Shown here piece by piece: positions 9,248-17,986 of a DNA stretch of 31,544 bases. Both the position numbers and the translations under genes were made by a program. Where the stretch lies: IMG/VR virus record IMGVR_UViG_3300018019_000438; one strand, written 5' to 3'. Numbering within the stretch: the stretch's first letter is position 1; the number at the start of each line of letters is the position of its first letter. Below the pieces are notes generated by a model. That model searched no databases. It was given only the letters and a program-made list of their open reading frames with translations, and was not told the DNA's origin. Source of the DNA: a virus.

Positions 9248-9733
9248 TTACATCCCCAAACGAGAATGCTCGCGGGCGCGACCCATATTCTTGATCGAAG
9301 TTCCGTCTCGACGGAGTAGGTCTCGATCTGCTGGATTGCGGGCGTCAAACTGAGAGAAACAAGTGCCGCAAACACCCAAGATGATTCCGTTGGAGTGTTC
9401 TTGCCACTTAATGTTCAATTTGTCGCCAAACGAAACAAAGCCGTTGCTGTCCTGAGTGGTTCGCGTATGCGGACACTGTCTCTTGGTTTCAGCACGCTGG
9501 CGCATGGTGAGGTCCACCGACTTGCGCTTCTCTTCCAAAGCCCGCTGCTTTTCTTCCAATACAGCCGGATCAATGTAAGGCTTGCGTGATTCCAAAAGAG
9601 CATCAGCCAACAGTTTGTTGGACTTGGCCTGTTCCTTCTGAGCATCGATCAACATCTTGAAAAGCTGATCGTTTGTGAGACCGGCGGGTACCGTTACCTT
9701 AGTGATATTAGGTGTATCTTTTTCTTCTGACAT
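9248..9733 (-). CDS. hypothetical phage protein (coiled coil plus CxH...CxxC)
   Basis: 161 aa ORF with AAGGAG SD; motifs CPH and CGTC. Confidence 0.75.
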   Translation of the reverse strand: MSEEKDTPNITKVTVPAGLTNDQLFKMLIDAQKEQAKSNKLLADALLESRKPYIDPAVLEEKQRALEEKRKSVDLTMRQRAETKRQCPHTRTTQDSNGFVSFGDKLNIKWQEHSNGIILGVCGTCFSQFDARNPADRDLLRRDGTSIKNMGRAREHSRLGM

Positions 9734-9813
9734 ATACTTCTCCTTATCTCACCTTTCCGTGTGAGCGCGGTTGGTTTGAACTGTGGTGCTTCGCTCAGTT
9801 CAGTAACATTCGT

Positions 9814-10521
9814 TTAAGTCCATGCAATAGGATTAACTTGCTTACCATTGCGGAACTCCCAAAGTTGTCTGCGATACTCTGAAGCCGTGGCTCCGTTTGT
9901 CGGATATCCAAATGCACGTAATGCCTGTTCTTCAGTGATGATCTTCAACGGCAATCCAGTCCCATCTGCTACAACGCCGTTGGATTTCAGAATCCATTTG
10001 CCGGTGCCGTCTTTGCGGATAATGACGTTCAGCAGGAAGGTGCGCCAGCCGTTAATTTTGCCCTTGGGCACGCCGTCAGCATCCACGATATCAATTGTAT
10101 ATTCGGGATTAAGATGGCTTTGAATCCAGCCCAAATACTCCCAGCCCGGATGAAACCCGTCTTCGTAGGTGCGCACAACGGGAGAAAATAAAGAAAGCGT
10201 TTTTCGAACGCGGCCATCGGCGCAACGCAGTTGCGGCAAGATGGTGCGAAGATGACGAATCACATCATGGCCAGACAACACGCGCCCCATGCGCGCCTTG
10301 GTATCCAGAAATTCCTGCCAATTCTCTTTGCGGCCTTTGTGCTGGCGGATACGTGTCAGTTCTTCTTGCTTCGCGCAAACAGCTTCGTCAGCAGACAACA
10401 TGGTCTTGCGCAACTTGTCAGTGTCGTTGCGCGTCAAACCCATCTCTTCAAGCAGGGCTTCTTCTTTATTATGCCATGCTACATCTTCATCAGTAATTGT
10501 TTTGACAAAGTCATCAGACAT
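9814..10521 (-). CDS. hypothetical phage protein
   Basis: 235 aa ORF with GGGGAG SD, abutting the upstream ORF. Confidence 0.75.
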   Translation of the reverse strand: MSDDFVKTITDEDVAWHNKEEALLEEMGLTRNDTDKLRKTMLSADEAVCAKQEELTRIRQHKGRKENWQEFLDTKARMGRVLSGHDVIRHLRTILPQLRCADGRVRKTLSLFSPVVRTYEDGFHPGWEYLGWIQSHLNPEYTIDIVDADGVPKGKINGWRTFLLNVIIRKDGTGKWILKSNGVVADGTGLPLKIITEEQALRAFGYPTNGATASEYRRQLWEFRNGKQVNPIAWT

Positions 10522-10712
10522 TATTTACACTCCCCGCCGACCGGAAGTTCTGCAAGAAATTGTTCCTTAGTTAAATTAAAATCGCTACGATAAACAGCAC
10601 AAAGTAATCCAATATCGTCCGCAAATATAAAAGATGTTTTTAGCTCCGATAAAGGAATATATGAGCGCCGTACAATTGCTCTTTGTCCATCATTTTCTAA
10701 AACTATATTCAT
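10521..10712 (-). CDS. hypothetical protein
   Basis: 63 aa ORF with GAGGAG SD. Confidence 0.6.
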   Translation of the reverse strand: MNIVLENDGQRAIVRRSYIPLSELKTSFIFADDIGLLCAVYRSDFNLTKEQFLAELPVGGECK

Positions 10713-10729
10713 TTTTTATCTCCTCTGAG

Positions 10730-10766
10730 ACAATGCCGAGAGACAGCGGGAAGAGGCCACTATCTC
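10730..10766 (-). promoter_or_regulatory. Leader hairpin with anti-Shine-Dalgarno-like loop, copy 2
   Basis: GAGATAGTGG-CCTCTTC-CCGCTGTCTC then CGGCATTGT, just upstream of the RBS of ORF 10521-10712. Confidence 0.5.
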
Positions 10767-10812
10767 CCCGTTTCGATTTTACTCGCGGATCAGGCGAGGC
10801 TATTATTAAAAA

Positions 10813-11100
10813 CTAAACTGGTTTTACAATTTCAATAGTCGCACCATGCTCGTTTTCAATATATGCCTTCTCATAAAAATCGACTTCAGCCGCCCACCCT
10901 TTAGGTCGGGGTCTTTTTATACTAGAGAGATAAAACACCTCATTCTTTTCTCCCTGTTCGACTGAAATTTCAATTACATCCCATAATCTGTCTTTCGGAT
11001 TGTCCGCAATTCCTTCGTTTGGACCTGCCGCATAGACGTTTATCTTTGTACCTTCAACTACTGTGACTTTTCCGTCTGTATATAGTTTTACTGTCAACAT
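10813..11100 (-). CDS. hypothetical phage protein
   Basis: 95 aa ORF with AAGGAG SD. Confidence 0.7.
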   Translation of the reverse strand: MLTVKLYTDGKVTVVEGTKINVYAAGPNEGIADNPKDRLWDVIEISVEQGEKNEVFYLSSIKRPRPKGWAAEVDFYEKAYIENEHGATIEIVKPV

Positions 11101-11124
11101 TATCTTCTTCTCCTTTTTCTTCTT

Positions 11125-11163
11125 ACAACGCCAAGGGATAGCGGGAGGAGGCCACTATCCCTT
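11125..11163 (-). promoter_or_regulatory. Leader hairpin with anti-Shine-Dalgarno-like loop, copy 1
   Basis: GGGATAGTGG-CCTCCTC-CCGCTATCCC then TGGCGTTGT, upstream of the RBS of ORF 10813-11100. Confidence 0.5.
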
Positions 11164-11355
11164 TGACGAAGTTTTGTTGGCCTGCGGGACCAACGCCGGG
11201 CGGCTTCTTGTATACCCCTGCCTGACTGGGGGTTCCGAGTAAACGTTCTCGGTAACGGCTCGTTTATGTAAACGGGCAAACTCGGTAAATTTTAGTCCAC
11301 ATACCGTGTGGAGCAAGGATTGTTTCGTTACTCCGAAACTTGAGTTATTATCGGC

Positions 11356-14002
11356 TTAGGCTGTTGCTGTTTCCGACAAAATACGTCGGAAGGGCAGGAA
11401 CGTGCCAGCGGCGGCAGGACGGGGAGTTACGACGAACTTAACAGGATTGTTACCCCAAATAACTTGGGGGATTGTGCATTTCTGACAATCTCACACAGTT
11501 GGATTCCTGTGTGCTCGGACTATTGCATCACCCCGAAGGGTGTCTTCTCGCTTAGTCTCTCACGGTGCTTTCGCTTCCGCCTCGTTGCCATTTCAGGGTT
11601 CGAGTCAATTAGAGAAGATTCTCATTCGCGGATTTCGCCACGATGAACCAATTTTACTTAGTTGTAACTAACCGCTCCACCTATTTCTCCGCCCGGGTCA
11701 AATGCACTCGGTGCGAATTCATAGATGTTTGCCTTGAAGTTGGATTCGTCCTTAATTTGTTATTCTTCGCAATCCGTCAACTAGCTTCTCTAGCTCTTCT
11801 AAAGAAGCATCCCGTTTCAAAACGTTGGCGCGTTGCGAGATGACCATCACATTTTCTTTGATATACCCTTTTTCAGGAATTCTTCGGTCAAGAGCAGGTG
11901 AATCGTCTTTGTGACGACCTGTTGCCACTTGTAAACGAATTCCCAAAAGCGGACATACCTCTGGAATAGTGATGTCATCAGGTGTGAGATCGAAAGGAAG
12001 ACCAAGCATCTTGGCACGGTGACGAGCCCGGCGAACCATATAAATCTTGTAACGGTCCCAGTCGGAAGAAACGCCCTTCCACCATTCTTTTCGATAATCT
12101 GATTTCGCTTTACGTAGTTCTGCATTCTCGGCATACTTCTCCCGAGCATGCTCCAGTATCTTGGCCCGATTGCGGGCATAATACTGACGAGCGTATTGCC
12201 GCTCTTGTTCTACTGTTGCAAAACCCATGTCTCACCCCTAACTCTGCATGTTACCATGCAGAACGGACTATATCATAACACCCAAACATTATACCACAAA
12301 TTCTGTAGTTTGTCAAGATGTTTCTCGCGTGTAGTCTCTACGGACTCTCTGCTTGCGCAGGTTGCCTCGGGATTGGCCTGAGGGGTATCAGGTGTTTCCC
12401 CGATATAGCGAGATTTTACGTACCCTGTGCCGTAACTTCATGAAACGGCAATGGTTAAGGAACGTCTTCAAAACCACCAAGAGCGATAGCGAACATCGTC
12501 TCGTCAGCAGTAATGTAGGTTTCCCAAGAAGACTTACCAGATGCGGGCAAGTTGGCAACCAACGGAACGTTGGTGCTCATAACGAAATCGATACCCGCTA
12601 CCGGGATGATTTCATTATCTTCTGCGAGGCCAGCTTCAATCCACTTCTGTCCTTCACGGGTGTACTTCTCGGTGTCGAGAACGCCGTTGTGAGTCAGGTC
12701 GTTAGCAACATCGTTAAGTATATAAGGTAATTTTTGTTTAGGATTTCTGCGTCACCGCAGGATCACTCTGCATGTCACCATGCAGTTCAGACTCTATCTT
12801 CATTCCATAAAATGGAGTGTTAAGCGTATTAGTCGTTGGGGATTCTTCGATTAGATGGCCGTGGTTCAGTGCTGATATTTTTTCTGCCAGCACCGCGCGC
12901 TTTTCTTGATTCCAACCAGTTCCCAATCTAACCCACTCAAGAGCGAGTTTAGCTTGTTCCTGCTTGATAATCATATACGGGATAACACCTAACAAAAACT
13001 TCTCTTTGTTTTTGCTGCCAGACAATTTCCACTGATATAAAAGTTTGGCCCGCAAAGAAGAAAAACCTCGTCCTTTGCGGTTGCTAACATCAGTCTGAAA
13101 TCGTCCACCAAAGTTGTGCAGTAGCCATTTGATGAGACGGAAATCTGTATTGCTAATTTTGATTCCCAATTCAAATCGCTCACCCGAACATCCGTCTGAG
13201 CGTTGACCACGGACAACGTAGATGCTTCCTTCACCATCTAAAATTCCGGCCACATACGGCCATGCGTTGTGATCCATCGAAGTCTTTCCTCCGTCTTGTC
13301 TTATTTCACTAAACATTGTATCACATATCTGATACTTTGTCAAGCTAAATGTAAGATATTAACGGATATAGCTTAATTTTGCATGCACCCTTGTTGATGC
13401 ATGATTCCACGCATTCTTCCACCGGCAAAAGGTCGTCCGTTCTTTCCGCGAATTGTAGCCACAGCCGTGTTAAGAACCGCACGGGTCACGTAGCTACCAT
13501 CAGAAAGCTGAACGCTTGCAGTTGGGTCCGTAGAAACAGCAGCATCAAAGCCTTGCTGAATCAACGTATCAACCACGAGAGCGCCTCGATACCCAAGCAT
13601 TTCGCTGAGTTGTTCGAGAGGCTTTCCAATATCCACAGCAAGAGCAAAGTCAGAAACGTTGACGTAATCAACGTACTGACCTAGCACTGCTTGGATGCTC
13701 GCTTCAGTTGGCACGATTGGTGTGCCCACGGTGCCTTCTACGGCAGTCGGGGGCGGGGTATTGATGGGTCCACCACCAATATCAATCGCGTTTGCTGAAA
13801 CGTTCGCAGTAAACGGAGCCAAGTTATACGTGTAAATTTGTGTCGTGCGACCTGCGTTCTTCGGAATCTGACGTTCTGCGGTCAGCCCTTGGAACCCAAG
13901 ATGCGCGAACAAAGCACGTACTGCCAAACGATCATAAAAGACCGCTTGGGTGCTTGGCAAAGTTGAGCCGATAACAAATGAAGCCTGTGAATTACTAGGC
14001 AT
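11356..14002 (-). CDS. Major capsid protein (N4-gp56-like family), four exons: 13397-14002, 12458-12727, 11660-11750, 11356-11441; 350 aa after splicing
   Basis: Exon 1 (202 aa) has STQAVFYDR, IPKNAGRT.Q, QYVDYVNVSD, LGYRGALVVD and ends GIMH. Joining gives GIMH|PYILND...GGFEDVP|DESNFK...VSYN-F-KFVVTPRP...ETATA*, in frame (606+270+91+86 nt). Follows portal and scaffold genes. Confidence 0.85.
11442..11659 (-). mobile_element. Group I intron 3 of the capsid gene (218 nt, no ORF)
   Basis: P1 exon AACU pairs with GGUU (U.G at the splice site); P3 UCUUCUC/GAGAAGA; P7 GAGACUA/UAGUCC; P9 hairpins; ends in G (CCUG) and restores the capsid frame. Confidence 0.82.
11752..12228 (-). CDS. Intron-encoded HNH-like homing endonuclease
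   Basis: CPLLGIRL...SPALDRRIPEKGYIKENVMVISQRANVLK beta-beta-alpha-Me-type motif. Confidence 0.8.
   Translation of the reverse strand: MGFATVEQERQYARQYYARNRAKILEHAREKYAENAELRKAKSDYRKEWWKGVSSDWDRYKIYMVRRARHRAKMLGLPFDLTPDDITIPEVCPLLGIRLQVATGRHKDDSPALDRRIPEKGYIKENVMVISQRANVLKRDASLEELEKLVDGLRRITN
12288..12316 (-). promoter_or_regulatory. sigma70-type promoter inside intron 2
   Basis: TTGACA-17 nt-TATAAT with TGTGG before the -10. Confidence 0.8.
12738..13277 (-). CDS. Single-motif LAGLIDADG homing endonuclease
   Basis: YVAGILDGEGSI motif, ISNTD..LI.WL...FGG, YQWKLS, IPYMIIKQEQAKL; start at MDHNAW with GGAGG SD. Confidence 0.9.
   Translation of the reverse strand: MDHNAWPYVAGILDGEGSIYVVRGQRSDGCSGERFELGIKISNTDFRLIKWLLHNFGGRFQTDVSNRKGRGFSSLRAKLLYQWKLSGSKNKEKFLLGVIPYMIIKQEQAKLALEWVRLGTGWNQEKRAVLAEKISALNHGHLIEESPTTNTLNTPFYGMKIESELHGDMQSDPAVTQKS
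13315..13343 (-). promoter_or_regulatory. sigma70-type promoter inside intron 1
   Basis: TTGACA-17 nt-TACAAT with TGTGA before the -10. Confidence 0.7.
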
Positions 14003-14130
14003 ATTTGTTACCTCAATTTTTTACATTAGAACACTAGGACTCCAATTCATATTAGAGACTAGCGGCAGAAACCTCTGCTATGGTATGCCGAACAAATGTT
14101 TACTTCCCACTATTGTCCCAATCAATCCGA

Positions 14131-15444
14131 TTAGAACTGTCGAGCCTTTCGACGTTCGGCAAGCGTATTTTGATACGCTCGTCGGAGGTCGTCGCTAGGC
14201 GGTTTTCCGATAGGAGAAGATTTACGAAGTTCCGCGACTGAGGGTTCGCTCGGCTTGTTAGCTTCCTCTGTGGCCGTTTCTAGTTCGGTGTTAGCCGCGC
14301 TAGAATGACCGGGCTGCAAGCCAGTCGTCCCCCTCTTGCGTACCTGCGGTGCAGGGGTAGCCGGAACCACTGGTGCGGGTGCAACAGGGGTTACAGGCAC
14401 TACCGCCGCCACAGAATCCTCTGTGCGCGGTGCAGGGCTAGGTACGGACGGTGCTACAACTGTTGGTTTTGGAGTTGGTCTGATATCAAGCTCTTCGCTT
14501 TCCATCAGTTCTTCAAAAGCAAATTCGATGTTTCTTAGCGTGAAAGGTAAACCACGCTTGTTCAAAAACTTTTGAATCTTGACAGAATTGTCCTCATTCG
14601 GCCAATACTCGGGGTGCAACTCTTTGAACACGTTGCCTTCATTCGTGGCAATCGTATCAAGAATTCCCATCTGCGCTTCTTTTGGAAGAGCATCATACGC
14701 TTCTTGCGTCAGATAGTCGGGCAAGGTATAGACCTTATCCAATTCGGTGCCATATTTCTCGCGTCGTATAGCTTCACGAACACGAAGGGTCGCATTGGCC
14801 TTGCCTTCGAGCAACTTCAAATTCAGAGCATTACGTGACGGAGCAGTAAAGCGTTCAATACCTGCACCGTTCTTGTACGTGATCTCGCCAATCCATTCAC
14901 CGTCTTCCTGTTTGATTTCCAGAATGAATTTGGCGTTTTCAATTCGCTCGGGTTGTTCTACAGGAATCGGTGACACAACTACGGGAGCCACCACAGGAGC
15001 AGTAACGGGTTCTTCTACAACCACCGCTGTTGGTTCTGGTTGAACAACTGGTTCAATAGGCTCATCGGCAATAAACTCAACGCGAATCTTCTGGTGCTTG
15101 ATTTGTGCTTGACTGTGAATCGTTCTGATTTCAGCATCTAGCTTTTGCGGCGTCTCGGCGGAGATGATAGTACTTTCTCCGTCCGTTCCATCTTCGGTAA
15201 CAACAGTCAGCTTAGCGGATGTGGCAACTTCTCTCTTCGGGACAGGTTGTCGTACCGGAGCCGATACAGTTGGCTGAACAACTGGTTGTGCTGGTGTTGG
15301 ATTCACTGCCGCGTTCTTGCGTACTTCTTTCAGAATCCCTTTCGGTGCTTCGCCTGCTTCCAACATTCTCTTGCGGGCTTCCTCAACGGAAATGCCTTTG
15401 TCCGTGAACTTCAAAACCTTCTCTACTGGTATTCCTGTTCCCAT
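14131..15444 (-). CDS. Probable capsid scaffolding/assembly protein
   Basis: 437 aa, acidic with Pro/Val/Thr-rich linkers and a basic C-terminus; lies between portal and capsid genes (positional inference). Confidence 0.6.
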   Translation of the reverse strand: MGTGIPVEKVLKFTDKGISVEEARKRMLEAGEAPKGILKEVRKNAAVNPTPAQPVVQPTVSAPVRQPVPKREVATSAKLTVVTEDGTDGESTIISAETPQKLDAEIRTIHSQAQIKHQKIRVEFIADEPIEPVVQPEPTAVVVEEPVTAPVVAPVVVSPIPVEQPERIENAKFILEIKQEDGEWIGEITYKNGAGIERFTAPSRNALNLKLLEGKANATLRVREAIRREKYGTELDKVYTLPDYLTQEAYDALPKEAQMGILDTIATNEGNVFKELHPEYWPNEDNSVKIQKFLNKRGLPFTLRNIEFAFEELMESEELDIRPTPKPTVVAPSVPSPAPRTEDSVAAVVPVTPVAPAPVVPATPAPQVRKRGTTGLQPGHSSAANTELETATEEANKPSEPSVAELRKSSPIGKPPSDDLRRAYQNTLAERRKARQF

Positions 15445-15494
15445 TGTGATTCTCCTTTATTTTGGCCAATCCCGGCCAATCAGGTCTATTTTTA

Positions 15495-15866
15495 CTACTG
15501 TGATACTTTGTGCAAAAGCGGTCTTGGTACGGTGGCGGCTTCGTTTATTGTGTTATTGCAATAGTCTAAAACTATCCGTAAGTCTCGATGATCTTGCCAC
15601 GCTTTATCTTTTTTATCCTTATCCGTGCAGGCAAGCAAAATATCGGCCTTCTGTTGAATTTTCTCCTTGAGATCGCTGATAAACAGCAAATGATCTGGAT
15701 TATTTCGTAGATGCCCTATCCTCCGCGCTTTGTCGTATATGGTTTGCGCGGTGTCGTAATTTTCTTGAGAAGTTTCATATTCCACGCGGGGAATGTCTCG
15801 CCGCAGCAACGGATCATCGTCGGACACATCTATAACGAATCCGTCTGTAGTCATAACTTGAGCCAT
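15495..15866 (-). CDS. hypothetical phage protein
   Basis: 123 aa ORF coupled to the portal stop, with GGAGG SD. Confidence 0.75.
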   Translation of the reverse strand: MAQVMTTDGFVIDVSDDDPLLRRDIPRVEYETSQENYDTAQTIYDKARRIGHLRNNPDHLLFISDLKEKIQQKADILLACTDKDKKDKAWQDHRDLRIVLDYCNNTINEAATVPRPLLHKVSQ

Positions 15867-17977
15867 TACGTTCCTCCGAGCCCTTCGAATCCTGATACAA
15901 TGCCCGGAGTTTCTTCGCGTTCCGAGGCTCGCTCCACAGCTTTCGTGGCGATAATTTGTCCGGTATCTGCCTGACCCTTGGCATCAATCTCAGTAAGTTT
16001 TTGCTGATGCTCTTGAGCAGACAGGTCCTTATTTTGGGCGTGCATCTGAGCCAAGCGCGCACGAGTTGCTTGGGCATCCAACATCTTCGGATTCATCTGC
16101 GCAGCACGTTGCTGATCTTGCTGAGTCATCGGGATAATGATGTCTTCTGGTGTCTTCCAACCTGAGACTTCTTCCCAACGACGGCTATACTCAACCCAGT
16201 TGACCTTCATTTGAGCAGATGCCAATCCTTGCTGAACAGCCGGGGCTTCCAGCATCTGACCAAGCAATGGCAAAGACTGGCCCATCTTCTGTTTAGCTGC
16301 GATGTTTGAACCGGCCAACAAAGTAAATTCAATATCGTCATTGTTGCACATGTCGAGCGTAAGATCGCCGTCATGATTCTGTTCCATGGATGTCCACAAC
16401 GTCTTTCCCACGATCTTGCGTATAACGGCAGGATCAAGCCACATCCTGTCCATTTTCAGGAAAGAATAGAGAAGCGGAAGCAAGCACTGGTCACACACTA
16501 TATCCACAAAACTTTGTACGCGGGCGCTTGATGCTCCTGCCACGGCTCCCGCACCTGTACCAGAGCGCATACCTGTACTGCGTACACCACCCGGCATAGC
16601 ACCTTGAATCAACAGTTCATTCGCGCCCGTTGTCTTCTCGGCATCAGCCATAAGAACTTCTTCTTCCTGATATGCTTCAGACAAAACGGGTTGCTTCTCA
16701 ATGGCTTTCAAACTGTCCATGTCATCGACTTTGAATACCGCGCCCGGGTATTGCTTGATGGGTTGAGCGGCAATATTGGAACCTTTGCGAGCCATCCACA
16801 TGTTTTGAAGGTTCATGTGAACGTCATCCAAACGCAGGTTACGCAAACCTTGAATGTGTGTCTGGATTCCACCAATACGACGTGGAATACCAAAGGCGTA
16901 GAATGTGCCCGGTAGATCGTCCCAATAACAAGAAACAAACGGGATGACGCCTAGCGGGTTGCCTTCATTACGAATTACTTTTTTGCGCTGCAGAACCACG
17001 ATGACGTGGTCCTTTGTCCAGTGCTCAAGAACTTCCAGCTTGTGTTCCAGCGGGTCTTCAGACTCATCAAGATAGCGCGGAAGCGGGCGATGCCCCTGTG
17101 TCGGGTACGCCGTGCCTTCATTCTCCAAACCTGAACTCGGTGCTTGTTCGGCAGGAGGTGCTGCCAAAGCCTTCAAAGTCTTCTCGTCGGGAATATCGTA
17201 ACCTTCAAAATCCCGAAGTTTGTTCAAATCGCGGATCGTCAAATAGTCACGGTACACAACAAAGTCAGCCGCACGAATATCAGGTTCACGAAGACCCGGA
17301 CTAACCAAAAGATGGTTGATTTCGATGCGCTTAAAGAATGGTTGACTAACGCGGTCGGTTACATCGTACTCTTCCAATTCATCGGATTCTGCAGTATGCA
17401 GAAAGGTAGACTTGCCGCCCGGAACGGAAGACGGAATTTCCTTCGGCATAGCCGCGCGCTTGTAGACCGTGCGCTTACGATCAAAGGTTTCCCATCCAAA
17501 CTTACCCAATCCCGTGCCAAAAATTTCAGCGTCTTTTACTATTAGACGCATTTGAGCTTTCACATTCGCCTGACGCAATTGATATGACAGAACCGATTCC
17601 CAACCACGCGATACTTGTCGAGGTGTGCCTTCAGTCGGCTGAATGGCAAACGGAGTCATCTCTGGAAAGATAGCGGGCATAGCCTGATCCAGAATTGCCC
17701 GAACGTGCTGAGCGATTAGAGGGAAAGAATTACTTGAGCGCGGAACCAAAGTATCGCGCCAATAAGTCTGACGAACCGGAGCTTCGTACAAGCTCTTGGC
17801 AACACGCCATTCGCTCATCCATAAACGCGCCATCACGAACTTCTCGGCTCGCTGGGTATCCTGAATGACTAAGGAAAGTGCAGATTCATCAGTTTTTACT
17901 GCACCACTATCCAAACTGAAATCATCTATTCTTTGATTTAGCGGGGCGGCGGTAGTATTTGGCTGGGGTAACTGCAT
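15866..17977 (-). CDS. Portal protein (P22/N4-like)
   Basis: 703 aa directly after the terminase; WMSEW, IFGTGLGKFGW, IEINHLLVSPG, GEGNP-like NPLGVIPFV..YW, Q-rich helical C-terminus. Confidence 0.85.
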   Translation of the reverse strand: MQLPQPNTTAAPLNQRIDDFSLDSGAVKTDESALSLVIQDTQRAEKFVMARLWMSEWRVAKSLYEAPVRQTYWRDTLVPRSSNSFPLIAQHVRAILDQAMPAIFPEMTPFAIQPTEGTPRQVSRGWESVLSYQLRQANVKAQMRLIVKDAEIFGTGLGKFGWETFDRKRTVYKRAAMPKEIPSSVPGGKSTFLHTAESDELEEYDVTDRVSQPFFKRIEINHLLVSPGLREPDIRAADFVVYRDYLTIRDLNKLRDFEGYDIPDEKTLKALAAPPAEQAPSSGLENEGTAYPTQGHRPLPRYLDESEDPLEHKLEVLEHWTKDHVIVVLQRKKVIRNEGNPLGVIPFVSCYWDDLPGTFYAFGIPRRIGGIQTHIQGLRNLRLDDVHMNLQNMWMARKGSNIAAQPIKQYPGAVFKVDDMDSLKAIEKQPVLSEAYQEEEVLMADAEKTTGANELLIQGAMPGGVRSTGMRSGTGAGAVAGASSARVQSFVDIVCDQCLLPLLYSFLKMDRMWLDPAVIRKIVGKTLWTSMEQNHDGDLTLDMCNNDDIEFTLLAGSNIAAKQKMGQSLPLLGQMLEAPAVQQGLASAQMKVNWVEYSRRWEEVSGWKTPEDIIIPMTQQDQQRAAQMNPKMLDAQATRARLAQMHAQNKDLSAQEHQQKLTEIDAKGQADTGQIIATKAVERASEREETPGIVSGFEGLGGT

Positions 17978-17986
17978 TCCGTTTCC

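Larger units (their letters stand above)
11751..12457 (-). mobile_element. Group I intron 2 of the capsid gene (707 nt) with HNH-like ORF in the P9 region
   Basis: Core motifs CUCGCUAUAUCGGGGAAA, GCCAAUCCCGAG, GAGACUACA, AUAUAGUCC, P9 CUGCAUG-GUAA-CAUGCAG; terminal G at 11751 directly after the ORF stop. Confidence 0.85.
12728..13396 (-). mobile_element. Group I intron 1 of the capsid gene (669 nt) with LAGLIDADG ORF
   Basis: P1 CAUGCAU|C/GGUGCAUG with U.G at the splice site; P10 AAGG/CCUU; P3 UUAAGC/GCUUAA; P7 AACGACUA/GAGUCU; P9 CUGCAUG-GUGA-CAUGCAG; inferred last base is A, not G. Confidence 0.8.

Noticed and set aside
10740-11161. CCTCCTC-loop hairpins as HDV-like or theta ribozymes
   Set aside because: The loop resembles HDV L3, but there is no P2 strand between the P1-like and P3-like segments and no P4/J4-2 with the catalytic C
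12455-12457. In-frame TAA in the capsid reading frame as possible readthrough or pseudogene
   Set aside because: It is the first three bases of group I intron 2; splicing restores the frame
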